DNA from: Burkholderiales bacterium
GTDB lineage: Bacteria > Pseudomonadota > Gammaproteobacteria > Burkholderiales > SG8-39
Length of the DNA stretch: 64,000 bases
Reading direction: 5' to 3'
Assembly: GCA_014860445.1 (NCBI GenBank)
Contig: JACZJT010000018.1
Span: 13,295 to 77,294, forward strand
This document shows positions 1-10,825 of the stretch, one piece after another; position 1 is the stretch's first letter, and the number at the start of each line of letters is the position of its first letter. The notes below the pieces were generated by a model. The model made no database searches, was not told the origin of the DNA, and saw only the letters and a list, made by a program, of their open reading frames with translations. The position numbers and the translations under genes are program-made.

Positions 1-658
1 ACATCGTGGCCCAGTCGGCGGCGTCGACCACGCCCTTGTCCAGCGCCGAATACACCTCTCCGCCCGGAATCACCACGACGGACGCCCCCATCTTGGTAAG
101 GATTTCGGCGTTCAGGCCTTGCGCTGAGCGGATCTTGATGCCTTTGAAGTCCGCCATGCTATTTATCGGCTTTTTCGACACGATCGACTCCACTCCCCAC
201 CAGGAGACGCCGACGCAATATGCGTTATAACGGGCGTAGGCTTCGCGCAGCAGGTCCAGCCCACCCTTGTAATGGAACCAGGCGTCCGCCTGCCATGGGT
301 GCTGGTAGGCGAACGCCAAATCGCCGATCACCGCGAATCCGGGGTCCTTGCCGGTGAAATAGACCGGCGCCGTCGACTGCGCCTGCAGCACGCCGGCCTG
401 CACCGCGTCCAGCGTCTCGAATGCGCCCACGACCGCACCAGAGGCAAACGGCTGTATCTCCAGCCGCCCGTTGGTGAGCTTGCCGATGCGGGTACAGAAA
501 TCCTGGAATACCTTGTAGGTGAGCTCGGCCGAGCTCCACATCGATTGCGCTTTCCATTTGATCGTTTGTTGCGACTTGACGATTGCCGGGAAACCCAAGG
601 TGGCGGCACCGACTGTGGCTGCCGCGCCGGTCAGAAATTTTCGACGCTGTACGCTCAT
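1..658 (-). CDS. TRAP transporter solute-binding protein, DctP family (N-terminal part only; gene runs off the window start)
   Basis: Absent from the ORF track because no stop lies inside the window. Reverse translation from the ATG at 656-658 gives MSVQRRKFLTGAAATVGAATLGFPAIVKSQQTIKWKAQSMWSS..GRLEIQPFASGAVVG... This is a twin-arginine signal followed by sequence colinear with the TRAP receptor at 12801-13862. Confidence 0.8.
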   Translation of the reverse strand, partial: MSVQRRKFLTGAAATVGAATLGFPAIVKSQQTIKWKAQSMWSSAELTYKVFQDFCTRIGKLTNGRLEIQPFASGAVVGAFETLDAVQAGVLQAQSTAPVYFTGKDPGFAVIGDLAFAYQHPWQADAWFHYKGGLDLLREAYARYNAYCVGVSWWGVESIVSKKPINSMADFKGIKIRSAQGLNAEILTKMGASVVVIPGGEVYSALDKGVVDAADWATM

Positions 659-749
659 AATCCCTTCTCCCTTAGTGGTTGCTACGTTATAGCGTAGTCA
701 CTGCTGCAGGACAGTAAGATGTTGACAGCGCCCCGCCGCGCACCTACGA

Positions 750-759
750 TGATATATCA
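750..759. promoter_or_regulatory. Palindromic candidate operator TGATATATCA (site 1) in the divergent promoter region
   Basis: Perfect 10-bp palindrome inside the near-palindrome ACGATGATATATCAGTCGT (746-764). It lies 78 nt upstream of the PhyH ATG (837) and 92 nt upstream of the divergent TRAP receptor ATG (658). The same core recurs at 13950, 16956 and 20287-20305. Confidence 0.5.
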
Positions 760-836
760 GTCGTATTCGCGCAACATATCACTAGAGTTTCTTGAAAGCA
801 AGCCGGCGTGAAGCAGCCGGCCATAAGGAGGAAGCG

Positions 837-1670
837 ATGCCAATATTGCTCTCGGACGAAGCGGTGCAGCAGTATCACCGCGACGGTTATTGTTTTCCCG
901 TGCCGGTGCTCAGCCGGGACGAAGCGGCGCATTACCGCCACAGCCTGGAGCAGCACGAAGCCAAGACCGGCACCCCGCTGCAAGGCAATTGGCGCCACAA
1001 AACGCACCTGCTCTTTACCTGGGCCGACGAACTCGCACATCATCCGAAAATTCTGGACGCGGTCGAGGACGCAATCGGCCCCGACATCCTGTGCTGGACC
1101 ACCAACTTTTTCATCAAGGAAGCAAGCAATCCGGGGTTTGTTTCCTGGCACCAGGACTCGACCTACTGGGGACTGGACCCGGACGACGTCATCACCGCCT
1201 GGGTCGCGTTCACCGATGTCACCCCCGAGAACGGCTGCATGCAGGTGATTCCCGGCAGCCACAAAGTCAATCAGCTGCCGCACACGGACACCTTCCATAA
1301 GGACAATCTGCTGTCGCGCGGTCAGGAGATCGCTGTGGACGTCGACAAGTCCAAGGCCGTCAGCATGGTGCTGAAGGCGGGAGAAATGTCGCTGCACCAT
1401 ATCAAACTCGTGCACGGATCCGACCCCAATCGCAGCAAGGATCGGCGCATCGGTCTTGCGATCAGATATATCCCCACTCATGTGCGCCAGACCAAGGTGC
1501 GCGATTCGGCCATGCTGGTGCGCGGCACCGACAAATACCACAACTTCGACTACGAGCCGCGCCCGCAAGCGGACCTGGACGAAGCCGCACTACGCGCCCA
1601 TGCCGACGCGGTTGAGCGGCAGGTGAAAGCGCTGTACCAAGGCACAAGCAAGCAGGAATTCCGTGCCTGA
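837..1670 (+). CDS. Phytanoyl-CoA dioxygenase (PhyH) family Fe(II)/2-oxoglutarate oxygenase, paralogue 1
   Basis: ORF 792-1670 trimmed to the ATG at 837, which is preceded by AAGGAGGAAGCG. PhyH-like sequence with an HxD (WHQDSTYW) and a distal His (LHHIKLVHGS) forming a facial triad. Confidence 0.88.
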   Translation: MPILLSDEAVQQYHRDGYCFPVPVLSRDEAAHYRHSLEQHEAKTGTPLQGNWRHKTHLLFTWADELAHHPKILDAVEDAIGPDILCWTTNFFIKEASNPGFVSWHQDSTYWGLDPDDVITAWVAFTDVTPENGCMQVIPGSHKVNQLPHTDTFHKDNLLSRGQEIAVDVDKSKAVSMVLKAGEMSLHHIKLVHGSDPNRSKDRRIGLAIRYIPTHVRQTKVRDSAMLVRGTDKYHNFDYEPRPQADLDEAALRAHADAVERQVKALYQGTSKQEFRA

Positions 1671-1696
1671 GCGCACAAGGTAACAAAGGAGTGAAG

Positions 1697-2560
1697 ATGG
1701 CTGAAGAACGCAAGAAACTGACTGTTCCGGATCTCAAAGAGGCGAAGAAATCAGGACGCAAGCTCGCGATGGCTTCGATTCCAGACTATCCATCCGCAGT
1801 ATGGGCCGAGCGCGCCGGGCTGGATATTCTGGGTGTCGGCGACAGCCTGGGTATGGTGAGCTACGGATTTTCCAATACCCTGCCGGTAACCGTGGACATG
1901 ATGATCCAGCACTGTCAGGCGGTACGCCGGGGCGCACCGAACACTTTTAACCTGGTTGCCATGCCCTACGGCAGTTATCCCAACCCGGACATTGCGGTGA
2001 TGAACGCGCTGCGTTTCATGAAGGAAGGCGGCGTCGACTGCGTGAAAATACAAGGCGGACGCGATAAGTTTCCCATCCTGAAAGCCTTGGTCGACTCGGG
2101 CGTGCCGATGATGAGCCACGTCGGCATGTGCCCTCATTTCGTGCACCAGTACGGCGGCTTCAAGCTGCAGGGCAAGACCGCGGATGAAGCGCTGAAAATC
2201 ATCGACGACGCGATCGCCATCCAGGAAGCAGGCTGCATCGGCTTTGAAATCGAAGCGGTGCCTGCGCCGGTAGCGCAGGCGGTGGACGCGGCGGTGGACA
2301 TATTCACTTTCGGCATCGGTGCGGGCAGCGCCAGCTGCGGCCAGCTGCTGCTTGCTTTCGATCTGCTCGGCGTGTTCGATCAGTTCAAACCGAAATTCAC
2401 CAAGCGCTATGCCAACATCTCGCAGATCGCGGTGGATGCGCTGAAGACCTATGCCGCCGAGGTGCGCAGCGGCCAGTTTCCCGACGCCGATCACAGCTAC
2501 GCGATGAAGCCCGAAGAACTCGCGCGACTGGAGCAGGCCATCGGCAGGAAACTGCAATAA
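1697..2560 (+). CDS. 3-methyl-2-oxobutanoate hydroxymethyltransferase (PanB/ketopantoate hydroxymethyltransferase) family protein, paralogue 1
   Basis: ATG at 1697 after AAAGGAG. Sequence ..DYPSAVWAERAGLDILGVGDSLGMVSYGFSNTLPVTVDMMIQHCQAVRRGAP..MPYGSY.. is colinear with PanB-family proteins. It is a paralogue of 19256-20137. Confidence 0.85.
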   Translation: MAEERKKLTVPDLKEAKKSGRKLAMASIPDYPSAVWAERAGLDILGVGDSLGMVSYGFSNTLPVTVDMMIQHCQAVRRGAPNTFNLVAMPYGSYPNPDIAVMNALRFMKEGGVDCVKIQGGRDKFPILKALVDSGVPMMSHVGMCPHFVHQYGGFKLQGKTADEALKIIDDAIAIQEAGCIGFEIEAVPAPVAQAVDAAVDIFTFGIGAGSASCGQLLLAFDLLGVFDQFKPKFTKRYANISQIAVDALKTYAAEVRSGQFPDADHSYAMKPEELARLEQAIGRKLQ

Positions 2561-2589
2561 AAAACGGCGCGGAATCCGCGCCGTTTGAT
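2559..2589. terminator. Bidirectional rho-independent terminator between convergent genes
   Basis: AAACGGCGCGG-AAT-CCGCGCCGTTT gives an 11-bp stem (2562-2586) flanked by an A-run and T-run, between the PanB-like stop (2560) and the ABC binding-protein stop (2607). Confidence 0.65.
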
Positions 2590-2606
2590 GCACCAGACGA
2601 GGGAAA

Positions 2607-3917
2607 TCAGCCGTAATAGCGTTTGGCGCGCTTTTCGGCTTCGGCCGCCGCCTCTTTCGCGCTCTTCTGTCCCAGACAGGCGGATGCAAACATGTCGACT
2701 ACGATCCAGTCGGCCATGCAGGCTGCAGATGCATAGCCCAGGCTGCCGGCATAGCTATGCGGCTGCATACGCTCGACCACGCCCTTGAACGGCAGATATT
2801 TCGGGTCATCGTTCCAGAACTTGTTGTTGTCATAGGCCTTGAGCGGGTGGCTGACATAGCCGAGAGACGCGGCCTGCCAGGGCTCGTATTGTTCGCGTTC
2901 CCACATGAAGCGCAGGTACTCCTTGGCCGCATTCGGATACTTGCTGTACTTGAACACCATCGCCTGCGAGAGCAAGTGCAGTTCGGTCGGCCGGCCCACC
3001 GGTCCCACCATCATCGGCGCGTGGTTCGTGTCAGCGGCAACCGCCTTTTTGGCTGCATCAGTGGAATTCTTCCCCGCGTAATAGATCGAAATTCCATTCG
3101 AGGTCAGGCTGATCTTGCCTTCAAGGAAGGCGTTGTTGTTGGATACCCCGCTCCACCCCCCCGTGCCCTCGATGAAGGTCTTGGACAACTCTTGCAGGTA
3201 CTCGATGGCCTTGATGGTTTCCGGGCTGTTGATCGCGACCTGATTCTTATCGTCCACCATCTTGCCGCCGAATCCCCAGAGTATGTTGTGCATCCAGGTT
3301 TCCGAGTCGCCGGTCGCGTGCGACAAGGCGAAACCCGGGGGGTGGCCGTTCTTTTTCAGTGCTTGGCAGAGCTTGAGGTAATCATCGAAGTTGGTCGGAA
3401 ATTTGCTGAACCCGGCCTCTTTCACCCAGGACTCGCGATAAGTGAGCAGTGCGCCGGACGCGCCCAGCGGCAGGCCGATCCAGCGGCCTTTCTTGGTCGT
3501 ACCATAGGTGCGCGCCGTGGGAAACCAGCCGCCGTATTTCTTGCCCAGGTAATCGGCGAGGTCGGTCAGGTCGACCAGTTTTTCCGGGTAAAGATGGGGA
3601 TCGTCGAGCCAGCCAACAATGACGTCGGGGCCCGCGCCGACGTTTGCGGCCACCGCCGCTTTCGGCCGCACGTCTTCCCAGTTCTCGTTGTCCGTGCGCA
3701 CGGGAATGCCGTATTTTTCACTGAACTTCTTCGTATTGGCCAGCCACATGTCTTCGTCAGGCTGCACAAATCGCTTCCAGCGCAGCACGCGCAGCTTGGC
3801 GCCCTTCTCCGGTTTGAAGCTGGTCTGCGCCTGCGCGCTCTTGATCCAGAACATCGGTCCCATTGTGGCCAATGCACTCATGCCACCGACGATTCTCCGC
3901 CTGGTCTGATTTGTCAT
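2607..3917 (-). CDS. ABC transporter substrate-binding protein (extracellular solute-binding family 1, sugar/polyol type)
   Basis: 436-aa ORF with AAGGAG upstream. N-terminal signal MTNQTRRRIVGGMSALATMGPMFWIKSAQA. Co-located with MalF/MalG-type permeases and a MalK-type ATPase. Confidence 0.88.
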   Translation of the reverse strand: MTNQTRRRIVGGMSALATMGPMFWIKSAQAQTSFKPEKGAKLRVLRWKRFVQPDEDMWLANTKKFSEKYGIPVRTDNENWEDVRPKAAVAANVGAGPDVIVGWLDDPHLYPEKLVDLTDLADYLGKKYGGWFPTARTYGTTKKGRWIGLPLGASGALLTYRESWVKEAGFSKFPTNFDDYLKLCQALKKNGHPPGFALSHATGDSETWMHNILWGFGGKMVDDKNQVAINSPETIKAIEYLQELSKTFIEGTGGWSGVSNNNAFLEGKISLTSNGISIYYAGKNSTDAAKKAVAADTNHAPMMVGPVGRPTELHLLSQAMVFKYSKYPNAAKEYLRFMWEREQYEPWQAASLGYVSHPLKAYDNNKFWNDDPKYLPFKGVVERMQPHSYAGSLGYASAACMADWIVVDMFASACLGQKSAKEAAAEAEKRAKRYYG

Positions 3918-3944
3918 TCCAATCTCCTTTGGTTGAAAAGCAGT

Positions 3945-4823
3945 CTATTTGGCGACTTTGCTCACTTCAAAAAACCGCTTCGCCGAAGCGGTTTGGTTCT
4001 CGTAAATCGACCCCGGATTCAGCGCCGGCGGCAGGGGCATGCGCACCGGGCAATCGACCATGCGCGGAACGATGCTCTCCTTGCCGCACAGCAGACGTCC
4101 TTTGAATTCATCGTAATCGGGAATCCCCATCAGCGGAAACGCGTCAGCCGCTGACGCTTCATACAACAACAGTCCTCGCGACCGGTCCGAGGTGTTCTGC
4201 GCCGACCCATGCACGACGCGCACATGGTGAAATGAGCAGGATCCGGCCGACCCCACGCAAGGGACCGCGTCCGCGAAGCGCAGGCCGGCGGCCTCGAAGT
4301 CCATGGCGCCGCAAAAGCGCCCATCGTCGCCATGATGGTCGTAGGTGGGCCCTTTGTGCGTTCCGGGAAGGATGTACAGCGCTCCGTTTTCGACCGTCGT
4401 ATCGTCGAGCATGACGCCGACGGCAAGCAGGTCGTCGTTGGTGTGCGGGTAAAACGCCCAGTCCTGATGCCATTCCACCGGAGAGCCGAAATGGGGCGCT
4501 TTCAGGTTGAGCTTGGAGCCGTGCAGGCGCACGCCGTCACCAAGCAGATCCCGAAGAATTCCGATCAGTTTGGGCGAACGCAGGAAATCGGCGAAAACCG
4601 GATTGACCAGATGCGGCGTCTTGATGCGGCGCACGCGCGGTTCCTCGCTGCTGTGCCCTGGCTCCAGATCGTATACCTTGTCATGGGTCCGGACGGCGCG
4701 CGAGCGCTCCACCAGGTCCGCAAGCACCTTTTTCATTTGTGCCCGCACCGCTTCGTCGAGCACGCTTTCTACAACGATTGCACCCACTTCCTTGTATTCA
4801 TCGATTTGTTTCTTCGACAGCAT
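3945..4823 (-). CDS. PhyH family Fe(II)/2-oxoglutarate oxygenase, paralogue 2
   Basis: ORF 3945-4841 begins at a TTG; I place the start at the ATG at 4821-4823 (MLSKKQIDEYKE..). HxD motif VEWHQDWAFY and distal His FHHVRVVHGS. The gene is embedded between ABC transporter genes. Confidence 0.85.
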   Translation of the reverse strand: MLSKKQIDEYKEVGAIVVESVLDEAVRAQMKKVLADLVERSRAVRTHDKVYDLEPGHSSEEPRVRRIKTPHLVNPVFADFLRSPKLIGILRDLLGDGVRLHGSKLNLKAPHFGSPVEWHQDWAFYPHTNDDLLAVGVMLDDTTVENGALYILPGTHKGPTYDHHGDDGRFCGAMDFEAAGLRFADAVPCVGSAGSCSFHHVRVVHGSAQNTSDRSRGLLLYEASAADAFPLMGIPDYDEFKGRLLCGKESIVPRMVDCPVRMPLPPALNPGSIYENQTASAKRFFEVSKVAK

Positions 4824-4888
4824 GATTTTCAACACCTCCAATAACGGCGACTACGGGACAACACGCAAACGCAGGAGCGAATTCCTGC

Positions 4889-5791
4889 TTACTCCTTCAC
4901 CGCGCCGGTCATGCCGGCAACGTAGTATTCAACGAAAAACGAGTACAGCAGCGCGACCGGGAGCGACCCAAAGAGCGCGCCCGCCATGAGCGAGCCCCAG
5001 TGATAGACGTCGCCGTCCACAAGCTCGGTGAGGACTCCGACGGGAACCGTCTTGTTTTCCGACGATGAAATGAAGGTCAGCGCATAGATGAATTCATTCC
5101 ACGACAGGGTGAAGGCAAAAATACCCGCAGAGATCAGCCCGGGAACCGCCAGCGGCAGCACGATTTTCCACAGAATCTGCACGCGCGTCGCACCGTCGAT
5201 CAGGGCGCACTCCTCCAGTTCGAAGGGGATGGATTTGAAATATCCCATCAACAACCAGGTACAGAACGGGATCAGGAATGTGGGGTAAGTGAGAATCAGC
5301 GCCCAGCGCGAGTCGAACAGCCCCAGTTTGTACACCATGGTCGCCAGGGGAATGAAAAGGATCGAAGGCGGCACAAGATAGGCGCCGTAGATGCTCAATC
5401 CTATCCAGCGGCTGCCTTTGAAGCGCAGGCGCTCGATCGCGTACGCGGCGAGCACGCTGGCAAAAAGCGAGATGGCCGTGGCGACCACGGACACCAGAAA
5501 AGTGTTCCACAACCAATCCGGATAGGAAGTCTCGAACAGCAGCTTCTTGATATTGTGCAGCGTGGGATTGAACACCCAGAACGGGCTGTTCTTTTCGTAG
5601 TTGTAGATATCGTCGTTGCTCTTGAAGGTTGTGATGGTCATCCAATAGAACGGGAACAGCAGGATGAAGGTGAACACTGCGAGCGGCAGGTAGACGGTCA
5701 CGAATTTGCGTTGCCGCGTCAGAAGGAAATCCATGCCTCCCTCTGAATACACTTTTTCCTCGACACTCTGGACGACGGGTTTCTTGCTCAT
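4889..5791 (-). CDS. ABC transporter permease (MalG/UgpE-like)
   Basis: 300-aa polytopic membrane protein with a typical carbohydrate-uptake permease sequence (..ALIDGATRVQILWKIVLPLAVPGL..). Confidence 0.9.
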   Translation of the reverse strand: MSKKPVVQSVEEKVYSEGGMDFLLTRQRKFVTVYLPLAVFTFILLFPFYWMTITTFKSNDDIYNYEKNSPFWVFNPTLHNIKKLLFETSYPDWLWNTFLVSVVATAISLFASVLAAYAIERLRFKGSRWIGLSIYGAYLVPPSILFIPLATMVYKLGLFDSRWALILTYPTFLIPFCTWLLMGYFKSIPFELEECALIDGATRVQILWKIVLPLAVPGLISAGIFAFTLSWNEFIYALTFISSSENKTVPVGVLTELVDGDVYHWGSLMAGALFGSLPVALLYSFFVEYYVAGMTGAVKE

Positions 5792-5795
5792 GGGC

Positions 5796-6719
5796 TCAGT
5801 CCTTGCTTCCCTGCTGCCAGGCGCGACGCTGCAGCCCGAAAAAGCTGATCAGAATGGCGGCGATCAAAAACGGCACCATCGCCATCGCGATTGCGGCGCC
5901 CTCTGCGAGCTGTCCGCCCGGTATGGCGCGCTGGAACGACAGCGTCGCCATCAGGTGCGTGGCGTTCACCGGACCACCGCGCGTGATTACATAGATGAGC
6001 TGGAAATCGGTAAACGTGAACAGCACCGAGAACGTCATCACGATCGCGATGATCGGGGTAAGCAGTGGATAAGTGATAAACCGGAAACGCTGCCATGGCG
6101 TCGCGCCGTCTATAGTCGCGGCTTCATATAGTGAGGGCGAAATCGTCTGCAGGCCGGCAAGCAGGGAGATCGCGACGAAGGGTATGCCGCGCCAGATGTT
6201 CGCGACCACGACCGAAATGCGCGCATTCCAGCGGTCACCGAGAAAGTCGATATAGTGGTCGATCAACCCGGCCTTGACCAGCACCCAGGAGATGATGGAA
6301 AACTGGCTGTCGTACATCCACCAGAACGCGATCGCGGATAACGTCGTAGGCACGATCCATGGAAGCAGAATGATCGCGCGCATGAAGGACTTCAGCGCAA
6401 TGTTCTGGTTGAGCAGCAGCGCAAGAATCAATCCCAGGACAAACTTGAAGACGCTTGCAACGGCTGTGTAGCCGATGGTGTTGAATACCGACAACCAGAA
6501 GACGCTGTCGTTGAACAGCGATCGGTAGTTTTCAAGACCAATGAATACGCCGGGACGCCCGATCTTGGTATCGGTAAGCCCGAGCCACAGACCCAGGCCG
6601 AGCGGATAAGTCAGAAATACAAGCAGAATCGCCGCGGCCGGCAACATGAAAACGAGCCCCAGCGCGTTGGCGCTGTTGTTGAAGCGGTCTAGCAGACTTT
6701 GGCTGGAGGATTTGGCCAA
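5796..6719 (-). CDS. ABC transporter permease (MalF/UgpA-like)
   Basis: 307-aa membrane protein carrying the EAA-loop-like segment ..YEAATIDGATPWQRFRFITYPLL... There is a 4-nt gap to the next permease gene. Confidence 0.9.
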   Translation of the reverse strand: MAKSSSQSLLDRFNNSANALGLVFMLPAAAILLVFLTYPLGLGLWLGLTDTKIGRPGVFIGLENYRSLFNDSVFWLSVFNTIGYTAVASVFKFVLGLILALLLNQNIALKSFMRAIILLPWIVPTTLSAIAFWWMYDSQFSIISWVLVKAGLIDHYIDFLGDRWNARISVVVANIWRGIPFVAISLLAGLQTISPSLYEAATIDGATPWQRFRFITYPLLTPIIAIVMTFSVLFTFTDFQLIYVITRGGPVNATHLMATLSFQRAIPGGQLAEGAAIAMAMVPFLIAAILISFFGLQRRAWQQGSKD

Positions 6720-6769
6720 GATTTACCCCGGGCGCGGCGCCTACACGCTGCCGCAGGAATCGCGGCAAC

Positions 6770-7846
<1,077 letters not shown>

Positions 7847-7873
7847 GCGAGTCCCCTAATACAGCTTGCGGCT

Positions 7874-9811
7874 TTATGTCTGGCTAGCGGCCGAAGCAGC
7901 CACGAGTTGCTTCACCAACGCGACCGTTTCAGGAGCGCTCGGCGCGAAGCCGTCGGCACCGATCTGGGCGGCAAACTCTTCGGTTATCGCCGCCCCTCCT
8001 ACCATGATCTTACAACGACCGCGCAAATTGCGTGCATCCAGCGCCTTGATGACTTCGCGCATCTCGACCATGGTCGTGGTCAGCAACGCGGAGAGACCGA
8101 GGACATCAGGCTGGAAATCAGCTACTGCGTCACAAAACGCTTCGCGCGAGACGTTGATGCCCAGATCGCGCACCTCGAAGCCGACGCCTCGCAACAGGGT
8201 CACCACGAGATTCTTGCCGATGTCGTGCATGTCGCCCTTTACCGTGCCGATCAGCACTTTGCCGCCCTGGGTTTCACCGCCCACGGCAAGCAGCGGTTCG
8301 AGCACCTCCACGGCCGCCGTCATGGCACGCGCCGCTAGCAGCACCTCGGGAATGAATGCCTCGCCCGTGGCCATGCGTCTGCCGACTGCACTGATGGCAA
8401 AGATCAGGCCCTGGTCCAGGATCGCCTCGGCTTTGACGCCGCGATCGATCAGTGCTTGCACGTGCGCCTTGATGTCCTTGTGCTTCCCCTTGGTCACGTC
8501 CAGGCGCACCTGCGCGTAGATCTCATCCGCAGGGGTTTCGGCAGGCTTCGCCGCAGCCGTGGCGTGCGCGCTTGCCGCCGGGGCCGTGGCCGGTCGAGCC
8601 GCGCCTGTCGCGAGCGGCAAGCGACCTTCGCGTTCGACGCGCTCGCCGATCCGCTGCAGGCGGGAGAACAGCGCATCGGGAGGGACTTGGTCGGCGATGC
8701 CGACGAGCATGCGCTTGCCAGGCGCGACTGCCTTGAACAACTGGTCCATGTAGGCCTCGAAATCCGCCTCGCTGGTCTGCGGCAGCAGGATGGTCGAGGG
8801 AATGCCGCCGCATAAGGTCAGATGTCCGCTCCAGCGACGATAGTATTCCTCAAGTGTAATCTTGGTCATCGGCGCGGGGCAGATGGACTCCGCAATGTGC
8901 ATGCCGGAATCGCGAATCAGATCCATCAGTCCCTCGTTCTCGCCGTCGGTATGACACATGACGAGTTTTCCCACGGCGCCCAGCTGGCGCGACGCCTTGC
9001 GGACCCAGGGTGTGATCTCTTTTTCGAAATAGGGCGGATACGTCAGCATATCGTCGTAATTGGCACCCCACCAGATCACCTCCGCCGGCGATGCGCACAG
9101 TATCTGCAGCATCTTGTCGAACAGGTGCTCCATTTTTCCCGCCAACTCGAGCATCTTCGCGTTGTGGTCGGTGTAATGGAAATAGAACTGTGTCGGATCG
9201 AGCAGGTCGCGCTGGATCTGGTGCACCGGCGAAGCGCCCATGAAACCTTGCGCCACCGCCACGCCGTCGTCGCGCATTTCCTCGCTAACCCAGCGATTGA
9301 AGCGCTCGAAGTTGGGTACGATGTCCATGTGCTCGTAAAGATAACCGATGGGGGCGTAATCCTCCGGCGCCTTGATCACGTGATCGACGATCATCGGGCT
9401 GGTAATGCCCAGCTTCTGCGATGATTCGTCGTAGTACATGGTGGAACTCACCATGCCGACCGGGGTGTGATATTCGACGCGGATATTGCCTTCAGTGCGC
9501 TTTAGTTTCACTTCGACGTCGCTGGGCAGCACGAAATCGTAAAGCGTGTCCCGCGTGCTGAACAGGCCGATGCCGCGGTGCAGGTACATTTTCTGCACCT
9601 CGGGGTCCAGGATATTGTCGGCGAAGCGGAAATAAACGGTCCAGCCCTCGGCGCGGGCGATATCGTTCTGCGCGCGGCCGGCATGCTGCTTCGGCAGGGT
9701 CCCGGACACCGAATTGGCGAGATACCACAAGTCCAGCCGCGGCACGTAAGGCAGGCGATCGACATCTTCCCCGCGGAACGCGGCGAGCATGCGGCTCTTG
9801 TGGGTATACAT
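7874..9811 (-). CDS. Fusion protein: N-terminal URO-D-family methyltransferase domain plus C-terminal cobalamin (B12)-binding domain (CmuA-type architecture), paralogue 1
   Basis: 645 aa with AGGAG upstream. The N-terminal ~400 aa are URO-D/MtaA-like (..DRLPYVPRLDLW.., ..VMCHTDGENEG.., ..ICPAPM..). An Ala/Pro-rich linker follows, then a B12 cap helix bundle and a Rossmann domain. The Rossmann domain carries GDMHDIG (8216-8236), SALLTTTM and MVGGAA, i.e. the DxHxxG..SxL..GG signature. Confidence 0.85.
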   Translation of the reverse strand: MYTHKSRMLAAFRGEDVDRLPYVPRLDLWYLANSVSGTLPKQHAGRAQNDIARAEGWTVYFRFADNILDPEVQKMYLHRGIGLFSTRDTLYDFVLPSDVEVKLKRTEGNIRVEYHTPVGMVSSTMYYDESSQKLGITSPMIVDHVIKAPEDYAPIGYLYEHMDIVPNFERFNRWVSEEMRDDGVAVAQGFMGASPVHQIQRDLLDPTQFYFHYTDHNAKMLELAGKMEHLFDKMLQILCASPAEVIWWGANYDDMLTYPPYFEKEITPWVRKASRQLGAVGKLVMCHTDGENEGLMDLIRDSGMHIAESICPAPMTKITLEEYYRRWSGHLTLCGGIPSTILLPQTSEADFEAYMDQLFKAVAPGKRMLVGIADQVPPDALFSRLQRIGERVEREGRLPLATGAARPATAPAASAHATAAAKPAETPADEIYAQVRLDVTKGKHKDIKAHVQALIDRGVKAEAILDQGLIFAISAVGRRMATGEAFIPEVLLAARAMTAAVEVLEPLLAVGGETQGGKVLIGTVKGDMHDIGKNLVVTLLRGVGFEVRDLGINVSREAFCDAVADFQPDVLGLSALLTTTMVEMREVIKALDARNLRGRCKIMVGGAAITEEFAAQIGADGFAPSAPETVALVKQLVAASAASQT

Positions 9812-9843
9812 CTGTGTTTTCTCCTAAGTTTGGTGCACCGGGG

Positions 9844-10764
9844 TTACATCGTCGCGCCGGCGCCGCGCGCTGCAGCCGCGTCTTCTTTCTGCTGCAGGGA
9901 AAAGATCGAAGTGTAGCCGCCCGACCAATCGGGCGGGATCAGGCAGGGACGCGGGTCGTGGTGCGCGAACGCGGCGCGCTTGCCGCGCAAAATCGCCTGG
10001 TCGTGCTTGGGCTTGATCGGATTTGCGGTGTACGGGAAAGCGTCGGCCGAAGTCAGCGTGTACAGCAGCAGCGGCCGGCCCAGGTCCGAATCGTTGCGCG
10101 GTGAACCATGTATGGTGCGGCAGTTGTGCAAGGTCAGCGATCCGGCAGGGCCTGTCAAATACTTGGCCTTGGACAATTCGACCTTTTCGATATCCCGCTC
10201 GCTGAGGCAGCCGACCCAATTGCCCCGGTCGTCGTACTGGGTGAGCATGGGCTCGATTAGATGGCTTTTCGGAATCACGCCCAGCGGTCCCTGGTCCATG
10301 CCGCAGTCGTAAATGTAGGTACCCACCGTAAGCGGTGAATAGTTAGTATGCGGCCAGAAGGAAATGTCGTAATGCCATTTCACTTCCTCCCCGCCTTTTT
10401 TCCATTTGAAGTTGAGCTTGGAGTGGTGAAACTTGACGTCAGGCCCGACCAGGTCGGCTACTGCATCGGGCATGACCGACTTGGTGCAGTAATCCCAGAA
10501 CACCGGATGATGCTCGGCCGGGTTCGACACCCGGCGCAGGCGCGGCGCGTCGGGGCGGTGGTCTGGCTCCAGGTCGAAAATGACATCCGACTTCGCCACC
10601 TTGCGGCTGCGCTCGATCATTTCCTCGGTGGCGTCGCGCAGTTTCCTGATCCACTCGTCGCCGATGATCTTTTCCAGCAGGATATAGCCGTCCGCGAAAT
10701 AGGACTCGCGCTGGGACTGGGTCAGCACGCGCGGCGGGATCGCGAGAATTTGTTCAGGTGTCAT
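9844..10764 (-). CDS. PhyH family Fe(II)/2-oxoglutarate oxygenase, paralogue 3
   Basis: 306 aa with GGAGG upstream. HxD motif VKWHYDISFW and distal His LHNCRTIHGS. Confidence 0.88.
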   Translation of the reverse strand: MTPEQILAIPPRVLTQSQRESYFADGYILLEKIIGDEWIRKLRDATEEMIERSRKVAKSDVIFDLEPDHRPDAPRLRRVSNPAEHHPVFWDYCTKSVMPDAVADLVGPDVKFHHSKLNFKWKKGGEEVKWHYDISFWPHTNYSPLTVGTYIYDCGMDQGPLGVIPKSHLIEPMLTQYDDRGNWVGCLSERDIEKVELSKAKYLTGPAGSLTLHNCRTIHGSPRNDSDLGRPLLLYTLTSADAFPYTANPIKPKHDQAILRGKRAAFAHHDPRPCLIPPDWSGGYTSIFSLQQKEDAAAARGAGATM

Positions 10765-10825
10765 GATTCGCCTCCATAGTTAAACGGCGTCCGTTCGAAC
10801 TGCCAAGCCAACCCGTCCATCACTG

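Noticed and set aside
2757-4154. 465-aa plus-strand ORF opposite the ABC binding-protein and PhyH genes; likewise 1751-2689 (minus) opposite the PanB-like gene
   Set aside because: Shadow ORFs. The opposite-strand products have signal peptides, RBSs and family-typical sequences.
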